Part shown: piece by piece, positions 20,973 through 29,808 of the stretch
Numbering within the stretch: the first letter of the stretch is position 1
Layout of the letters: every line of letters begins with the position of its first letter
Source: Burkholderiales bacterium
Lineage (GTDB): Bacteria; Pseudomonadota; Gammaproteobacteria; Burkholderiales; SG8-39
Direction of reading: 5' to 3'
Length of the DNA stretch: 39,527 bases
NCBI GenBank assembly: GCA_036522335.1
Contig: DATDGA010000192.1
Span: 1-39,527, forward strand
Made by a program: the position numbers and the translations under genes
Notes under the pieces: generated by a model
What the model saw: the letters and a program-made list of their open reading frames with translations, nothing else
The model's database searches: none
Told to the model about the DNA's origin: nothing

Positions 20973-21100
20973 GGGCGTGTAGGGGCGCTATGCCGTCCAA
21001 GGGCGGTGACGCGTGGAAGTGAAAGTGGACGATTTTAGCCCACTTCGTCGCGTTTTCCGGCTGCGCTATCATCATTCGCCCCCGCCTGTTATTTTCCGCA

Positions 21101-21706
21101 ATGCCAAAAGATAACAAGACCAAGCAGCAACGAATGCGCGCGCGTATAGCTGAGGCCACCGCGCGCATGATGGCGGAGGACGGCATCGAGGATTTCGCCT
21201 TGGCGAAGCGCAAGGCCGCGCGGCAGTTGGGTGCGGAGGACACTCAGTCGCTGCCGAAAAACGACGAGATCGAGATGGAGCTCCGGGCCTACCAGTCGCT
21301 CTATCAAGGTGAGGAACAGCGCGAGCGCATCCAGTACTTGCGCGAGCGGGCGCTTGAGGTAATGCGCCTTCTCGAGCGATTCCGTCCCCATCTGGCAGGT
21401 GCGGTTCTCAAGGGTACAGCCGGACGCTACAGCGACATCGACCTCCAACTATTCACCGACGACGGAAAGGCGGTGGAGCTTTTCCTCCTGGGCCGCAACA
21501 TTACATATGACATCACAGACCAACGGTGCTTCGCGGGGGACCAGGCACGCGCAGTATCCGTGCTCAAGCTCGACTGGCAAGGCTTGCCGCTCAATCTGGC
21601 GATCTTCACCCTGAATGAAGAGCGCGTCGCCCAGAAGACTACGTCTTCAGGGCGACCGATTGAGCGTGCCGGGATTGACGCGGTGGCTCAGCTCCTCCGC
21701 AGATAA
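21101..21706 (+). CDS. Nucleotidyltransferase (Pol-beta fold) domain protein, function unknown
   Basis: 201 aa. GAVLKGTAGRYSDIDLQLF fits the minimal NTase G-[ST]-x(n)-D-x-D signature. Long helical, charged N-terminal region. Confidence 0.6.
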   Translation: MPKDNKTKQQRMRARIAEATARMMAEDGIEDFALAKRKAARQLGAEDTQSLPKNDEIEMELRAYQSLYQGEEQRERIQYLRERALEVMRLLERFRPHLAGAVLKGTAGRYSDIDLQLFTDDGKAVELFLLGRNITYDITDQRCFAGDQARAVSVLKLDWQGLPLNLAIFTLNEERVAQKTTSSGRPIERAGIDAVAQLLRR

Positions 21707-21893
21707 CATGGCTCCGCTGCAACGATGGATGTGAGGGTGGGTGTAAGGGACCTAAGGTTCCTTTAGGCTGAGGGTCTGCATCGCACGATACACCGCAGCA
21801 ATTCCTAGAAGACGCCTTAAATCGGCAGTGAACTCCGTCTAAATTTCTGTAACATACCTTATCCTCTATTAAAATGACTCAAAGGGTTACCAT

Positions 21894-21905
21894 AATTTCG
21901 AAATT
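21894..21905. promoter_or_regulatory. Perfect 12-bp palindrome AATTTCGAAATT in an AT-rich spacer (candidate operator)
   Basis: Read directly from the sequence. It sits in a stretch of about 29% G+C (20 of 70 nt at 21841-21910), upstream of the aroQ relic and accBC. Confidence 0.3.
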
Positions 21906-22059
21906 GGATTGCGCATAGAACCTGGGGGTGCGCGAAGGGTTGGCCTCTCGCCAGGTTTGTCATTACGCGACGCTCGGCTGATTCGTCTACCTCGTTTATC
22001 TTTCTTCAAAATCCGCCGATTTCTGGACAATTTCACGTATCTGCGGCAAACTCCTGGCA

Positions 22060-22316
22060 ATGGCCACACAAAGGCGATCCTCCGGGGCAGGCTGGCAGAA
22101 ACCAAGGAAAATTCTCCTCATTCACGGTCCCAATCTCAACATGCTGGGCAGACGCGTGCCGGGAATCCACGGTAGGGAGAGCATCGAGACCATTAGCGAG
22201 CCCCCTAACCGAGGTCGCAAGACATGCCAGGGTCACCCTGGAACCCTTTCAGAGCAAAGGGACTTTCCCTAGCCGAGGCACCGTGCGCCCGAACGAACGC
22301 GATCGGAAGGAGGTAG
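22060..22316 (+). pseudogene. aroQ: aroQ (type II 3-dehydroquinate dehydratase) relic with a frameshift and an internal/3' deletion
   Basis: Frame 0 reads KILLIHGPNLNMLGRRVPGIHGRESIETISE. After the C5 run at 22201-22205, homology continues only in the +1 frame (PLTEVARHARVTLEPFQS). About 90 codons of the fold are missing before accB. Confidence 0.8.
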
Positions 22317-22317
22317 C

Positions 22318-22788
22318 TTGGATCTGCGCAAACTAAAAAAATTGATCGACCTCGTCGAGGAATCGGGTATCGCTGAACTCGAAGTGACCGAAGGCGAAGA
22401 GAAGGTGAAGATCGTTAAAGGAGCCCCGGGCGGCAGGGAATTGGTAGTCTTGCCCTCGCCTCCCGTAACAGCGGGGCCGTCCGACGCCAAGACGGTTGTC
22501 CCTGCCGCTACGGCCCCCACGGTCGCTGCCGCTGAAGCGCCAACATCGCTTGAAGGCCATCTCGTTAAGTCGCCGATGGTCGGGACGTTCTATCGGGCGG
22601 GCTCCCCCGGCGCGAAACCTTTCGTCGAGGTTGGAGACACCGTCAAGGCTGGACAGGCGATTTGCATTATCGAGGCAATGAAACTGATGAACGAAATCGA
22701 AGCAGACAAGGACGGCGTGATCAAGGCCATCATGGTCGAGAATGGCCAGCCGGTCGAGTACGGCGAACCCCTGATGATGATCGGCTAA
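22318..22788 (+). CDS. accB: Biotin carboxyl carrier protein AccB
   Basis: [24 protein letters not shown]-terminus, Pro/Ala linker and biotinylation motif [17 protein letters not shown] start with GGAAGGAGG 4 nt upstream. Confidence 0.94.
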   Translation: MDLRKLKKLIDLVEESGIAELEVTEGEEKVKIVKGAPGGRELVVLPSPPVTAGPSDAKTVVPAATAPTVAAAEAPTSLEGHLVKSPMVGTFYRAGSPGAKPFVEVGDTVKAGQAICIIEAMKLMNEIEADKDGVIKAIMVENGQPVEYGEPLMMIG

Positions 22789-22794
22789 CGACGC

Positions 22795-24159
22795 GTGTTC
22801 GAGAAGATACTGATCGCCAACCGGGGTGAGATCGCTCTCCGCATCCAGCGCGCCTGTCGCGACATGGGAATCAAGACCGTTGTCGTGCATTCCGAAGCGG
22901 ATAGCGAGGCAAAATATGTAAAGCTCGCCGACGAGTCGGTGTGTATCGGACCGGCCCCGTCCAACGCAAGCTACCTCAATATCCCGGCGATCATCAGCGC
23001 AGCAGAGGTGACCGATGCCGAGGCGATTCATCCAGGCTATGGATTTTTGGCCGAGAACCCAGACTTCGCCGAGCGCGTAGACAAGAGCGGGTTCATTTTT
23101 ATCGGCCCACAGGCGGAAACCATCCGATTGATGGGCGACAAGGTAAACGCCAAACAGGTCATGATCAGTGCCGGAGTGCCATGTGTCCCCGGCTCGGAGG
23201 GGCCTCTGCCCGACGCTCCAGAGGAAGCCCTGAAGATCGCGCGGAAGATCGGCTATCCGGTCATCGTGAAAGCGGCGGGCGGAGGAGGCGGGCGCGGGAT
23301 GCGCGTGGTGCACACGGAAGCGGCGCTCAAGAGCGCGATAAGCGTCACGCGGGGCGAGGCCGAAGCGGCATTCGGAAACCCTACCGTGTACCTGGAAAAA
23401 TATCTCGAGAACCCACGTCACATCGAGGTACAGGTGCTCGCCGACGGACACAAGAATGTGATTTACCTCGGCGAGAGAGATTGCTCAATGCAACGGCGGC
23501 ACCAAAAGGTGATGGAAGAGGCTCTCGCTCCCGAAATGACACCAAAGCTGCGCGCTCGCGTGGGCGATCGCTGCATAGAGGCCTGCCGCAAGATCCGTTA
23601 CCGCGGGGCCGGAACTTTCGAATTCCTTTACGAGGAAGGTGAGTTTTACTTCATCGAGATGAACACCCGCATCCAGGTTGAGCATCCGGTCACTGAGATG
23701 ATCACGGGTGTCGACATCGTACAGGAACAGATCCGCGTCGCTGCCGGTGAGCGACTTTCGGTCCGGCAGAAAGATATCGAATTCCGCGGTCACGCCATTG
23801 AGTGCCGCATCAACGCAGAAGATCCGTTCCGCTTTACGCCGTCGCCAGGGCGCATAACTTCCTACCATCCCCCGGGGGGACCTGGTATCCGGGTTGACAC
23901 GCACATTTACCAGGGCTATGTCGTACCGCCCAACTACGACTCGCTGATCGGCAAGGTCATTGCCTACGGAGCGAGCCGCGACCAGGCGATTCGGCGCATG
24001 CGTATCGCGCTTTCGGAGATGGTAATTGAGGGTATCCAGACCAACATCCCGCTTCACCAGGAACTCCTGCTTGACAGTCGCGTCATCAGAGGAGGGGTGA
24101 ACATTCACTACCTCGAGCAAAAACTCGCTCAGCACAAGAAGCATGAAGCCGTAAAGTAG
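22795..24159 (+). CDS. accC: Biotin carboxylase AccC
   Basis: [48 protein letters not shown]. 454 aa. GTG start. Confidence 0.95.
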   Translation: MFEKILIANRGEIALRIQRACRDMGIKTVVVHSEADSEAKYVKLADESVCIGPAPSNASYLNIPAIISAAEVTDAEAIHPGYGFLAENPDFAERVDKSGFIFIGPQAETIRLMGDKVNAKQVMISAGVPCVPGSEGPLPDAPEEALKIARKIGYPVIVKAAGGGGGRGMRVVHTEAALKSAISVTRGEAEAAFGNPTVYLEKYLENPRHIEVQVLADGHKNVIYLGERDCSMQRRHQKVMEEALAPEMTPKLRARVGDRCIEACRKIRYRGAGTFEFLYEEGEFYFIEMNTRIQVEHPVTEMITGVDIVQEQIRVAAGERLSVRQKDIEFRGHAIECRINAEDPFRFTPSPGRITSYHPPGGPGIRVDTHIYQGYVVPPNYDSLIGKVIAYGASRDQAIRRMRIALSEMVIEGIQTNIPLHQELLLDSRVIRGGVNIHYLEQKLAQHKKHEAVK

Positions 24160-24172
24160 GGAGCCGAACGCG

Positions 24173-25054
24173 GTGACGTTGACCGAGCTCGTCCTGGAAC
24201 TGCAGGCGGAGGAGGTCGATCGCCTCTCCGATGCGTTGCTTGAAGCAGGCGCGCTTTCAGTAATGTATGAAAGTGTCTATCCAGGCACGGGGGTGGAGGA
24301 CCTGCACTTCGACGCGTCGCCTGAATCCGCCCTTTGGCCACGGGTGATTCTGACCGCTCTGTGCAAAGTCCACCAGAATCCAGAACAGGTACTCATTCGC
24401 GCATGCGCAGTGGCTGGCATCGCAGTCCCAATTCACGAGCTGCGTGGTATCCCGGACGAGGATTGGTTGGCGAAATCGAGGGAACAGTTTGGGCCGATCC
24501 GCGTGTCGGCGCGCCTGTGGGTCGTGCCGAGTTGGCACGCGCCGCCCGAACTCGAAGCGATCAATCTCGTGCTCGATCCCGGGCTTGCCTTCGGTACCGG
24601 AGGTCACCCAAGCACGCGTTTGTGCCTGCAATGGCTTGACCGAACCGTCGCTGGCGGCGAAACCGTTCTCGACTACGGCTGTGGTTCCGGTATATTGGCA
24701 ATCGCTACAATGAAGTTGGGCGCGAGTCGTGCCGTTGGCGTAGACATCGATCCCGATGCACTAGCTGTGGCCCGAGCCAACGCGAGGCGGAACGGCGTTG
24801 CGGTCGAATTCCTCGACGCTCGCACGCCACTTTCGTTCACCGCAGATATCGTGGTCGCCAATATCCTCGCCAATCCACTGATGCTGCTCGCTCCGGCGCT
24901 CGCGTCACGCTGCACACGAGGCGGGCGGATTGCCCTTTCGGGCATTCTTTCGGGTCAGGCACGCGAGGTCGAGAAGAGCTACGCGCCATGGATCGCATTC
25001 GCGCCACCCGCGGAGGCGGATGGCTGGGTATGCCTTTCAGGGGTACGGCTGTGA
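24173..25054 (+). CDS. prmA: Ribosomal protein L11 methyltransferase PrmA
   Basis: LDPGLAFGTGGHPSTRLCL, SAM motif VLDYGCGSGILAIA, ANILANPL. Conserved position after accC. GTG start. Confidence 0.9.
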   Translation: MTLTELVLELQAEEVDRLSDALLEAGALSVMYESVYPGTGVEDLHFDASPESALWPRVILTALCKVHQNPEQVLIRACAVAGIAVPIHELRGIPDEDWLAKSREQFGPIRVSARLWVVPSWHAPPELEAINLVLDPGLAFGTGGHPSTRLCLQWLDRTVAGGETVLDYGCGSGILAIATMKLGASRAVGVDIDPDALAVARANARRNGVAVEFLDARTPLSFTADIVVANILANPLMLLAPALASRCTRGGRIALSGILSGQAREVEKSYAPWIAFAPPAEADGWVCLSGVRL

Positions 25055-25056
25055 GC

Positions 25057-25779
25057 ATGATCACGCGCTGCCCAACATGCGCAACGGCGTTTCGCGTAAC
25101 CGAACCACAACTTCGCGCCAAAGGAGGCCAAGTTCGTTGCGGGCGTTGCGGTGCCATGTTCGACGCGCTCGCCGCGCTGAGTTCGGACGTGTCCAGTCGT
25201 CGGGCGGAGAATGTGGAGTCGCCTCCGAGTCCGACCGACATCGCCCTCGGTCTCCACAGCCCAAGGGATCTTTCATTTGGCTTTGGGCCGCAATCCCGGG
25301 AACGTCCGAGCCGCCTCTGGTGGCTAGCAAGCGTGTTTCTGTTGATCATGCTCGGAACGCAAGGCGCTTACCGTTACCGCGGAGAGATCGCAGTGCTGCT
25401 CCCGGAAGCAAAGTCCTTTATCCAGCGCTTGTGCGTCGAAGTTGGGTGCGACGTGCCGCTACCGCGCCGTGCGGAGCTGCTTAGCATCGAGTCATCGGAT
25501 CTGCAAGCAGACGGTACTCATCCGAGTGTAATGGTGCTAACCGCAACACTTCGGAACCGCGCCGGCTTCATCCAGGCGTATCCCGCTTTGGAGCTGAGCC
25601 TCACTAGTGCCCAAGGCCAGACCGTGGCGCGACGCGTATTGATGCCGAGGGAATACTCCCCGCAGAGCGCTCGCCCGGAGCCCGGTTTGGCGGCGGGAAG
25701 CGAATTGCAGATCCGGGTTTACGTCGAGGCTGCGGCGCTCAAGGCGACCGGATATCGGCTCTACTTATTCTATTTGTAG
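25057..25779 (+). CDS. Zinc-ribbon (MJ0042-type) plus DUF3426-like membrane-anchored protein
   Basis: MITRCPTCATAFRV...VRCGRCGAMFDA, one TM helix (LWWLASVFLLIMLG), then a C-terminal beta-rich domain. Usual neighbour of prmA in Betaproteobacteria. Confidence 0.75.
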   Translation: MITRCPTCATAFRVTEPQLRAKGGQVRCGRCGAMFDALAALSSDVSSRRAENVESPPSPTDIALGLHSPRDLSFGFGPQSRERPSRLWWLASVFLLIMLGTQGAYRYRGEIAVLLPEAKSFIQRLCVEVGCDVPLPRRAELLSIESSDLQADGTHPSVMVLTATLRNRAGFIQAYPALELSLTSAQGQTVARRVLMPREYSPQSARPEPGLAAGSELQIRVYVEAAALKATGYRLYLFYL

Positions 25780-25786
25780 GAAATTC

Positions 25787-26719
25787 ATGTCCACTTTGAT
25801 CTGCGGTTCGATCGCATACGACAATATCATGGTGTTTCGCGGCCGCTTTCGCGAGCACATCCTGCCCGAACAGATCCACATCCTGAACGTAGCGTTCCTC
25901 GTGCCCGAACTCCGACGCGAGTTCGGCGGTTGTGCAGGCAATATCGCCTACAACCTGAAACTCTTAGGATCTGATCCGCTGATCATGGCGACAGTAGGGG
26001 ACGATTCTCAGCCGTATATCGAACGGCTCGAACGGCTCGGCCTCACGCTGGACCATGTGCGCCGGGTCCCCAGCACCCTCACCGCACAGGCATTCATTAC
26101 GACCGATCTCGACGACAATCAAATCACAGCCTTTCATCCTGGAGCAATGAATTCCTCGCATCTGAACAATATTGTGAGGAAACTGGGTGTGCGTCTTGCG
26201 ATCGTCGCACCCGACGGGCGTGAAGGCATGCTGCAACACGCTCGCGAGCTCGCCGAACTTGGTGTCCCGTTCGTTTTCGACCCCGGCCAGGGGCTGCCGA
26301 TGTTCTCCGGCGAAGAGTTGCTCGCGTTCGTAGAACAGGCCACCTACGTCGCCGTAAACGATTACGAAGGTCGACTTCTGGAGGAGCGTACCGGCCGCAC
26401 TCTCGACGAAATCGCACAACGGCTCAAGGCGCTCGTTCTGACTAGAGGCGCAGAAGGATCCGTCATCTACGCAAACGGCCAACGGATCGAGATTCCTTGC
26501 GTCAAAGCAGCAGAAATTGCGGACCCCACCGGTTGCGGCGACGCGTATCGTGCCGGTCTCCTTTACGGGATCGCAGCGGGATTCGATTGGACCAAGACCG
26601 GCAGACTTGCGTCGACCATGGGTGCGATCAAAATTGCGTCGCGTGGGGGACAGAACCATTTAACGAGTCGCGATGAAATCGGGCGTCTGTTCCGACGAAA
26701 TTTTGGGTCCGACCTTTAG
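25787..26719 (+). CDS. PfkB-family carbohydrate/nucleoside kinase (adenosine-kinase-like)
   Basis: GGCAGNIAYNLKLLG near the N-terminus and the PfkB signature DPTGCGDAYRAGLLYG near the C-terminus. 310 aa. Confidence 0.85.
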   Translation: MSTLICGSIAYDNIMVFRGRFREHILPEQIHILNVAFLVPELRREFGGCAGNIAYNLKLLGSDPLIMATVGDDSQPYIERLERLGLTLDHVRRVPSTLTAQAFITTDLDDNQITAFHPGAMNSSHLNNIVRKLGVRLAIVAPDGREGMLQHARELAELGVPFVFDPGQGLPMFSGEELLAFVEQATYVAVNDYEGRLLEERTGRTLDEIAQRLKALVLTRGAEGSVIYANGQRIEIPCVKAAEIADPTGCGDAYRAGLLYGIAAGFDWTKTGRLASTMGAIKIASRGGQNHLTSRDEIGRLFRRNFGSDL

Positions 26720-26729
26720 GAAGAAAAAT

Positions 26730-26801
26730 ATGAAACGGCAAATTCTCGTGGTGCTGACAGTTGCGGCGGCCGGATACTGCAAGATCCGAATCACTGACTA
26801 G
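26730..26801 (+). CDS. Candidate 23-codon mini-ORF (MKRQILVVLTVAAAGYCKIRITD), leader-like or lipoprotein signal-peptide remnant
   Basis: The ATG lies 6 nt after AGGAAG, which overlaps the pfkB-family stop codon. The peptide has a hydrophobic core ending in Cys. It is followed by two mutually exclusive hairpins. No homology claimed. Confidence 0.3.
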   Translation: MKRQILVVLTVAAAGYCKIRITD

Positions 26802-26806
26802 GCTCC

Positions 26807-26837
26807 CGGAAAAGAGGCGTTCGTTTTCCGCGCCTCT
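26807..26837 (+). promoter_or_regulatory. Two mutually exclusive hairpins (possible attenuator-like switch) upstream of the acyltransferase gene
   Basis: Hairpin 1: CGGAAAA (26807-26813) pairs with TTTTCCG (26824-26830). Hairpin 2: AGAGGCG (26813-26819) pairs with CGCCTCT (26831-26837). The arms overlap, so only one hairpin can form at a time. No U-tract follows. Confidence 0.3.
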
Positions 26838-26907
26838 CCCTGTCCCCGGCCCTTTCGCCAACAAAACGGTAAAATCACCGTCCGGCTCGACGCAGAGGAC
26901 GGTACAG

Positions 26908-27726
26908 ATGGCGGCCAACCGCACTCCGATTCCGCTGCGCCTGCTTCGTTTGGCGAGGCTCGCGCTTCATCTGATCCGCGGGCTTGCCGTCGCGTGGCTG
27001 CGCTACCCACAACTCTCCTACGCAGCGCAGCAGTCGCAGAAGCGCCGCTGGTCGGGAAAGCTACTCTCCATTCTTTCCGTATCTGTGCGCGAGCGAAACG
27101 CCCCGGGAAAGCTCCCCGATCGCTGCATGCTCGTCCTCAATCACATTTCGTGGCTCGATATTTTCGTGATCGATGCGCGTTTCCCTGCGACCTTCATCGC
27201 AAAATCGGAAGTCCGCAGCTGGCCGATCGTGGGATGGTTGTGCACGTTGGTCGGCACTCTGTACATCGAGCGCGGCAAGCGCTCAGCGGCGCGCCATGCT
27301 CGCCAGGCAGTCGCCACTGAACTGGAGCGCGGTACCCTGATTGCGGTCTGCCCAGAAGGAACCACGACCTTTGGGCGGAGCCTCGAACGCTTCCACTCGG
27401 CGCTGTTCCAGCCGGCCCTCGACGCGGCGGCTACGCTGCAGCCGGTCGCGCTTCGCTATCTAGACCGCTCGGGCCGGCACACCGATGCAGCCGGCTACGT
27501 CGGCGAAACCTCGCTCCTCGAATCGGTCTGGACCATAGTCTCGACACGCCACATGGTCGCGGAACTCAATCTTCTCGCGCCGATTCCGGTACGAGCACAG
27601 ACGCGCCGCTCGCTTGCGGAAAAGGCCGAGGCCGCTATTGCCGCGGCGCTGGGTGTGCCTGCTCCGCAGGCTGGGCATTCCCCGCGCAAGGGACGCGATA
27701 CAAGTGCCGGTCCTCAAGGCGAATAG
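26908..27726 (+). CDS. Lysophospholipid (1-acyl-sn-glycerol-3-phosphate-type) acyltransferase, PlsC family
   Basis: Internal ATG at 26908 (MAANRTPIPLRLL...). HX4D motif NHISWLD, FIAKSE, and CPEGTT. The upstream 49 codons of the track ORF show no homology. Confidence 0.82.
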   Translation: MAANRTPIPLRLLRLARLALHLIRGLAVAWLRYPQLSYAAQQSQKRRWSGKLLSILSVSVRERNAPGKLPDRCMLVLNHISWLDIFVIDARFPATFIAKSEVRSWPIVGWLCTLVGTLYIERGKRSAARHARQAVATELERGTLIAVCPEGTTTFGRSLERFHSALFQPALDAAATLQPVALRYLDRSGRHTDAAGYVGETSLLESVWTIVSTRHMVAELNLLAPIPVRAQTRRSLAEKAEAAIAAALGVPAPQAGHSPRKGRDTSAGPQGE

Positions 27727-28480
27727 CGCTGAGCTCTCCTCCCCAAACGCAGCCCGAGTCGAGTGCAAGAAGATTGGGCTGGATGCGCAGACCGAGCGCG
27801 GACCAGTGGCCGCAGATTACCGTGCATCCGGCGCTTTTTCTGCCCGGCACGTCGAACCACGGCAGGTACCCGGCGGGAGCCTTCGCCGTTTCACCCTTGG
27901 TGTGCAAGTCCATGACCCCTTCAGAAGTGCAAAAGCGCAGGCGGGTCATTGCGTTGACGATGACCCGTAGTCGGTCGGCCCCGCGCAATCGGTCGTCCCA
28001 GCGGTCCGGACGCGAGCCGTAGAGTTGCGAAAGAAATACTCCGTGCCGGGGTCCGCGCAGCTCGGCCTCGACTTCTTCGGCAAGCGCTTTCGCCGTCGTG
28101 ACGTCCCATTGCGGCAGGAGTCCTGCGTGGACAAGCGTGTAGTGGGTCTCGACGTGAATCATCGGTCGATGTCGCAGCCACTCCAGCAGGCTAACGCGAT
28201 CCGGGGCCGCAAGCACGTTCCCTAGCGTGTCGTCCCCGCGGGGCTTGGCGTAGCCGTGAGCGAGCGCGAGCAGGTGCAAATCGTGATTGCCGAGCACTGC
28301 GAGCGCGCAATCGCCCAGATCGCGCACGAACCGCAGAGTGGCAAGCGAAGCCGGCCCGCGGTTAACGAGGTCTCCGACGAACCATAGGCGATCCCTTGCG
28401 CGGTCGAATTCAAACGCGTCAAGGAGTGCCTGCAGCTCATCGAAACTACCCTGAACGTCGCCAATTGCGTACGTCGCCAT
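27635..28480 (-). CDS. apaH: Bis(5'-nucleosyl)-tetraphosphatase (symmetrical) ApaH
   Basis: MATYAIGDVQG, WFVGDLVNRGP, LGNHDLHLL, VHAG, ICGHW. Classic metallophosphatase/ApaH motif order. Confidence 0.93.
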   Translation of the reverse strand: MATYAIGDVQGSFDELQALLDAFEFDRARDRLWFVGDLVNRGPASLATLRFVRDLGDCALAVLGNHDLHLLALAHGYAKPRGDDTLGNVLAAPDRVSLLEWLRHRPMIHVETHYTLVHAGLLPQWDVTTAKALAEEVEAELRGPRHGVFLSQLYGSRPDRWDDRLRGADRLRVIVNAMTRLRFCTSEGVMDLHTKGETAKAPAGYLPWFDVPGRKSAGCTVICGHWSALGLRIQPNLLALDSGCVWGGELSAIRLEDRHLYRVPCAGNAQPAEQAHPAPRQ

Positions 28481-28670
28481 CGCCTCTGGTCCCCGGGAAA
28501 TTGCCGTCTTCTATCTTATTCGCCTCGAGCGCCGCTTGGGCTCCGGGAAAATCGGCGGGCGGCGGACGCGCATCCTGAACCACGGAATCGCAGGCAATAC
28601 CCAGCAACCGCAGGATTCCTGCGATGTAATAGAATGCCCGGGCCCCGTCATCTGCCGAAACAGGCTCGCC

Positions 28671-28925
28671 ATGGCCAAGAAAATAGCGGATTCGATCCGG
28701 CTCAAGCTGAGCCGGTTGCGAAAAATGCTCGATTCGAAACCGAGCAAGTCCGCCACGCCAAAGAAGAAATCCACCGCGCCAAAGGCGGGCGCCCCAAGAC
28801 AGCAGCCTCCGCCGCCCAAAGAAGATCGCGTTGCCGCCCAGGAAAACTCGCCGGGCGCTTTGGAAGAAACCCCGAAGAAAAAGGTCCCGGCAAAACCCTG
28901 GTACCGGCATCGCCAGCGGTGGTAA
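28671..28925 (+). CDS. Small (84 aa) Lys/Pro-rich basic protein, function unknown
   Basis: The internal ATG at 28671 gives MAKKIADSIRLKLSRLRKMLDSKPSKSATPKKKSTAPKAGAPRQQPPPPKED...KKKVPAKPWYRHRQRW. Third codon positions are mostly G/C, consistent with coding. No family recognised. Competing antisense ORFs look worse. Confidence 0.45.
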   Translation: MAKKIADSIRLKLSRLRKMLDSKPSKSATPKKKSTAPKAGAPRQQPPPPKEDRVAAQENSPGALEETPKKKVPAKPWYRHRQRW

Positions 28926-28961
28926 GCCGCCCGCCGCGGACGGATCCCGGCCCGGCGCCCG

Positions 28962-29636
28962 TCAAACAGCCTCGAAAGATTTGTCCTTCAGCGAGGCGGC
29001 GAACCCGTAGAAAATTTCGTGCACCTTGGCCCAATTCTTCAGTTCCTTCATCCGACCCAGCCAACGACTCACGTTCGGAAATTCGGAGTAGTTGCAGCGC
29101 ACGATCTCGCCGAGAGCTACGAATGGACCTCCGAAATAGTCCGCGACGGTAATCTGGTCTCCGCAGAGGTATTTTTTCTTCGGCCCCAGCAGATTCTCAT
29201 CAAGTACTTTCAGCCATCCCTGGGCTTTTTCCTTTCCCCAGGCGATGGTGGCCGCATGCGCCTCGTCGCTGCGCCGTTTGTGGGTGGGGAATATCTGCGG
29301 GTAGACGAGCCCATAGGCGAACTCGCGGCAGACCTGCGTATTGATCCAATCCATCATTTCATTGACCTTGGCCCGTGCGCGCAGCTCTTTCGGGTATGTG
29401 GGGGAGCCGATCTTTTCGGCGAGATACTTGAGAATCGCCGAGCTTTCGGTCAGGCGAAAATCACCGTCCTCGAGCATCGGGACAAGGCGGTTGGGATTCA
29501 TTGCCACATATTCCGGCTGGTAGTGTTCGCCCTTCATTAAGTCGACGAACTTCAGCTCGCAGTCGATTCCGTTTTCGGCGATAAACAGCATCACGGGGCG
29601 GCTGGTCGTGGATACGGGGTGGTAGTAGAGTTTCAC
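28962..29636 (-). CDS. Glutathione S-transferase family protein
   Basis: The GTG at 29636 is preceded by AAGGAG at 5-nt spacing. N-terminal thioredoxin-like fold (KLYYHPVSTTSRPV..., VPMLEDGDFRLTESSAILKYLAEK) plus a helical C-domain. About 224 aa. Confidence 0.85.
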   Translation of the reverse strand: MKLYYHPVSTTSRPVMLFIAENGIDCELKFVDLMKGEHYQPEYVAMNPNRLVPMLEDGDFRLTESSAILKYLAEKIGSPTYPKELRARAKVNEMMDWINTQVCREFAYGLVYPQIFPTHKRRSDEAHAATIAWGKEKAQGWLKVLDENLLGPKKKYLCGDQITVADYFGGPFVALGEIVRCNYSEFPNVSRWLGRMKELKNWAKVHEIFYGFAASLKDKSFEAV

Positions 29637-29808
29637 GTGGGCTCCTTCGGAGATGAGTGGTTTTCCGGCCAACATGCAATCATACCCAAGCCCGTGCGTG
29701 CGGTGGCGTCCGCCTCGCAAGGAGTTTCAGTCCAGCGCAGACGGCTTGGTGCACGACGGCCTCAGTGTCGTTCAAGTCGCCGAATCCGTTGCTCGATAGG
29801 GAGGAATC

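Noticed and set aside
21887-22175. ORFs 21887..22105(-) and 21909..22175(+) in the AT-rich spacer
   Set aside because: The translations are basic, low-complexity and motif-free. They span the composition trough and the aroQ relic in the wrong frames or on the wrong strand.
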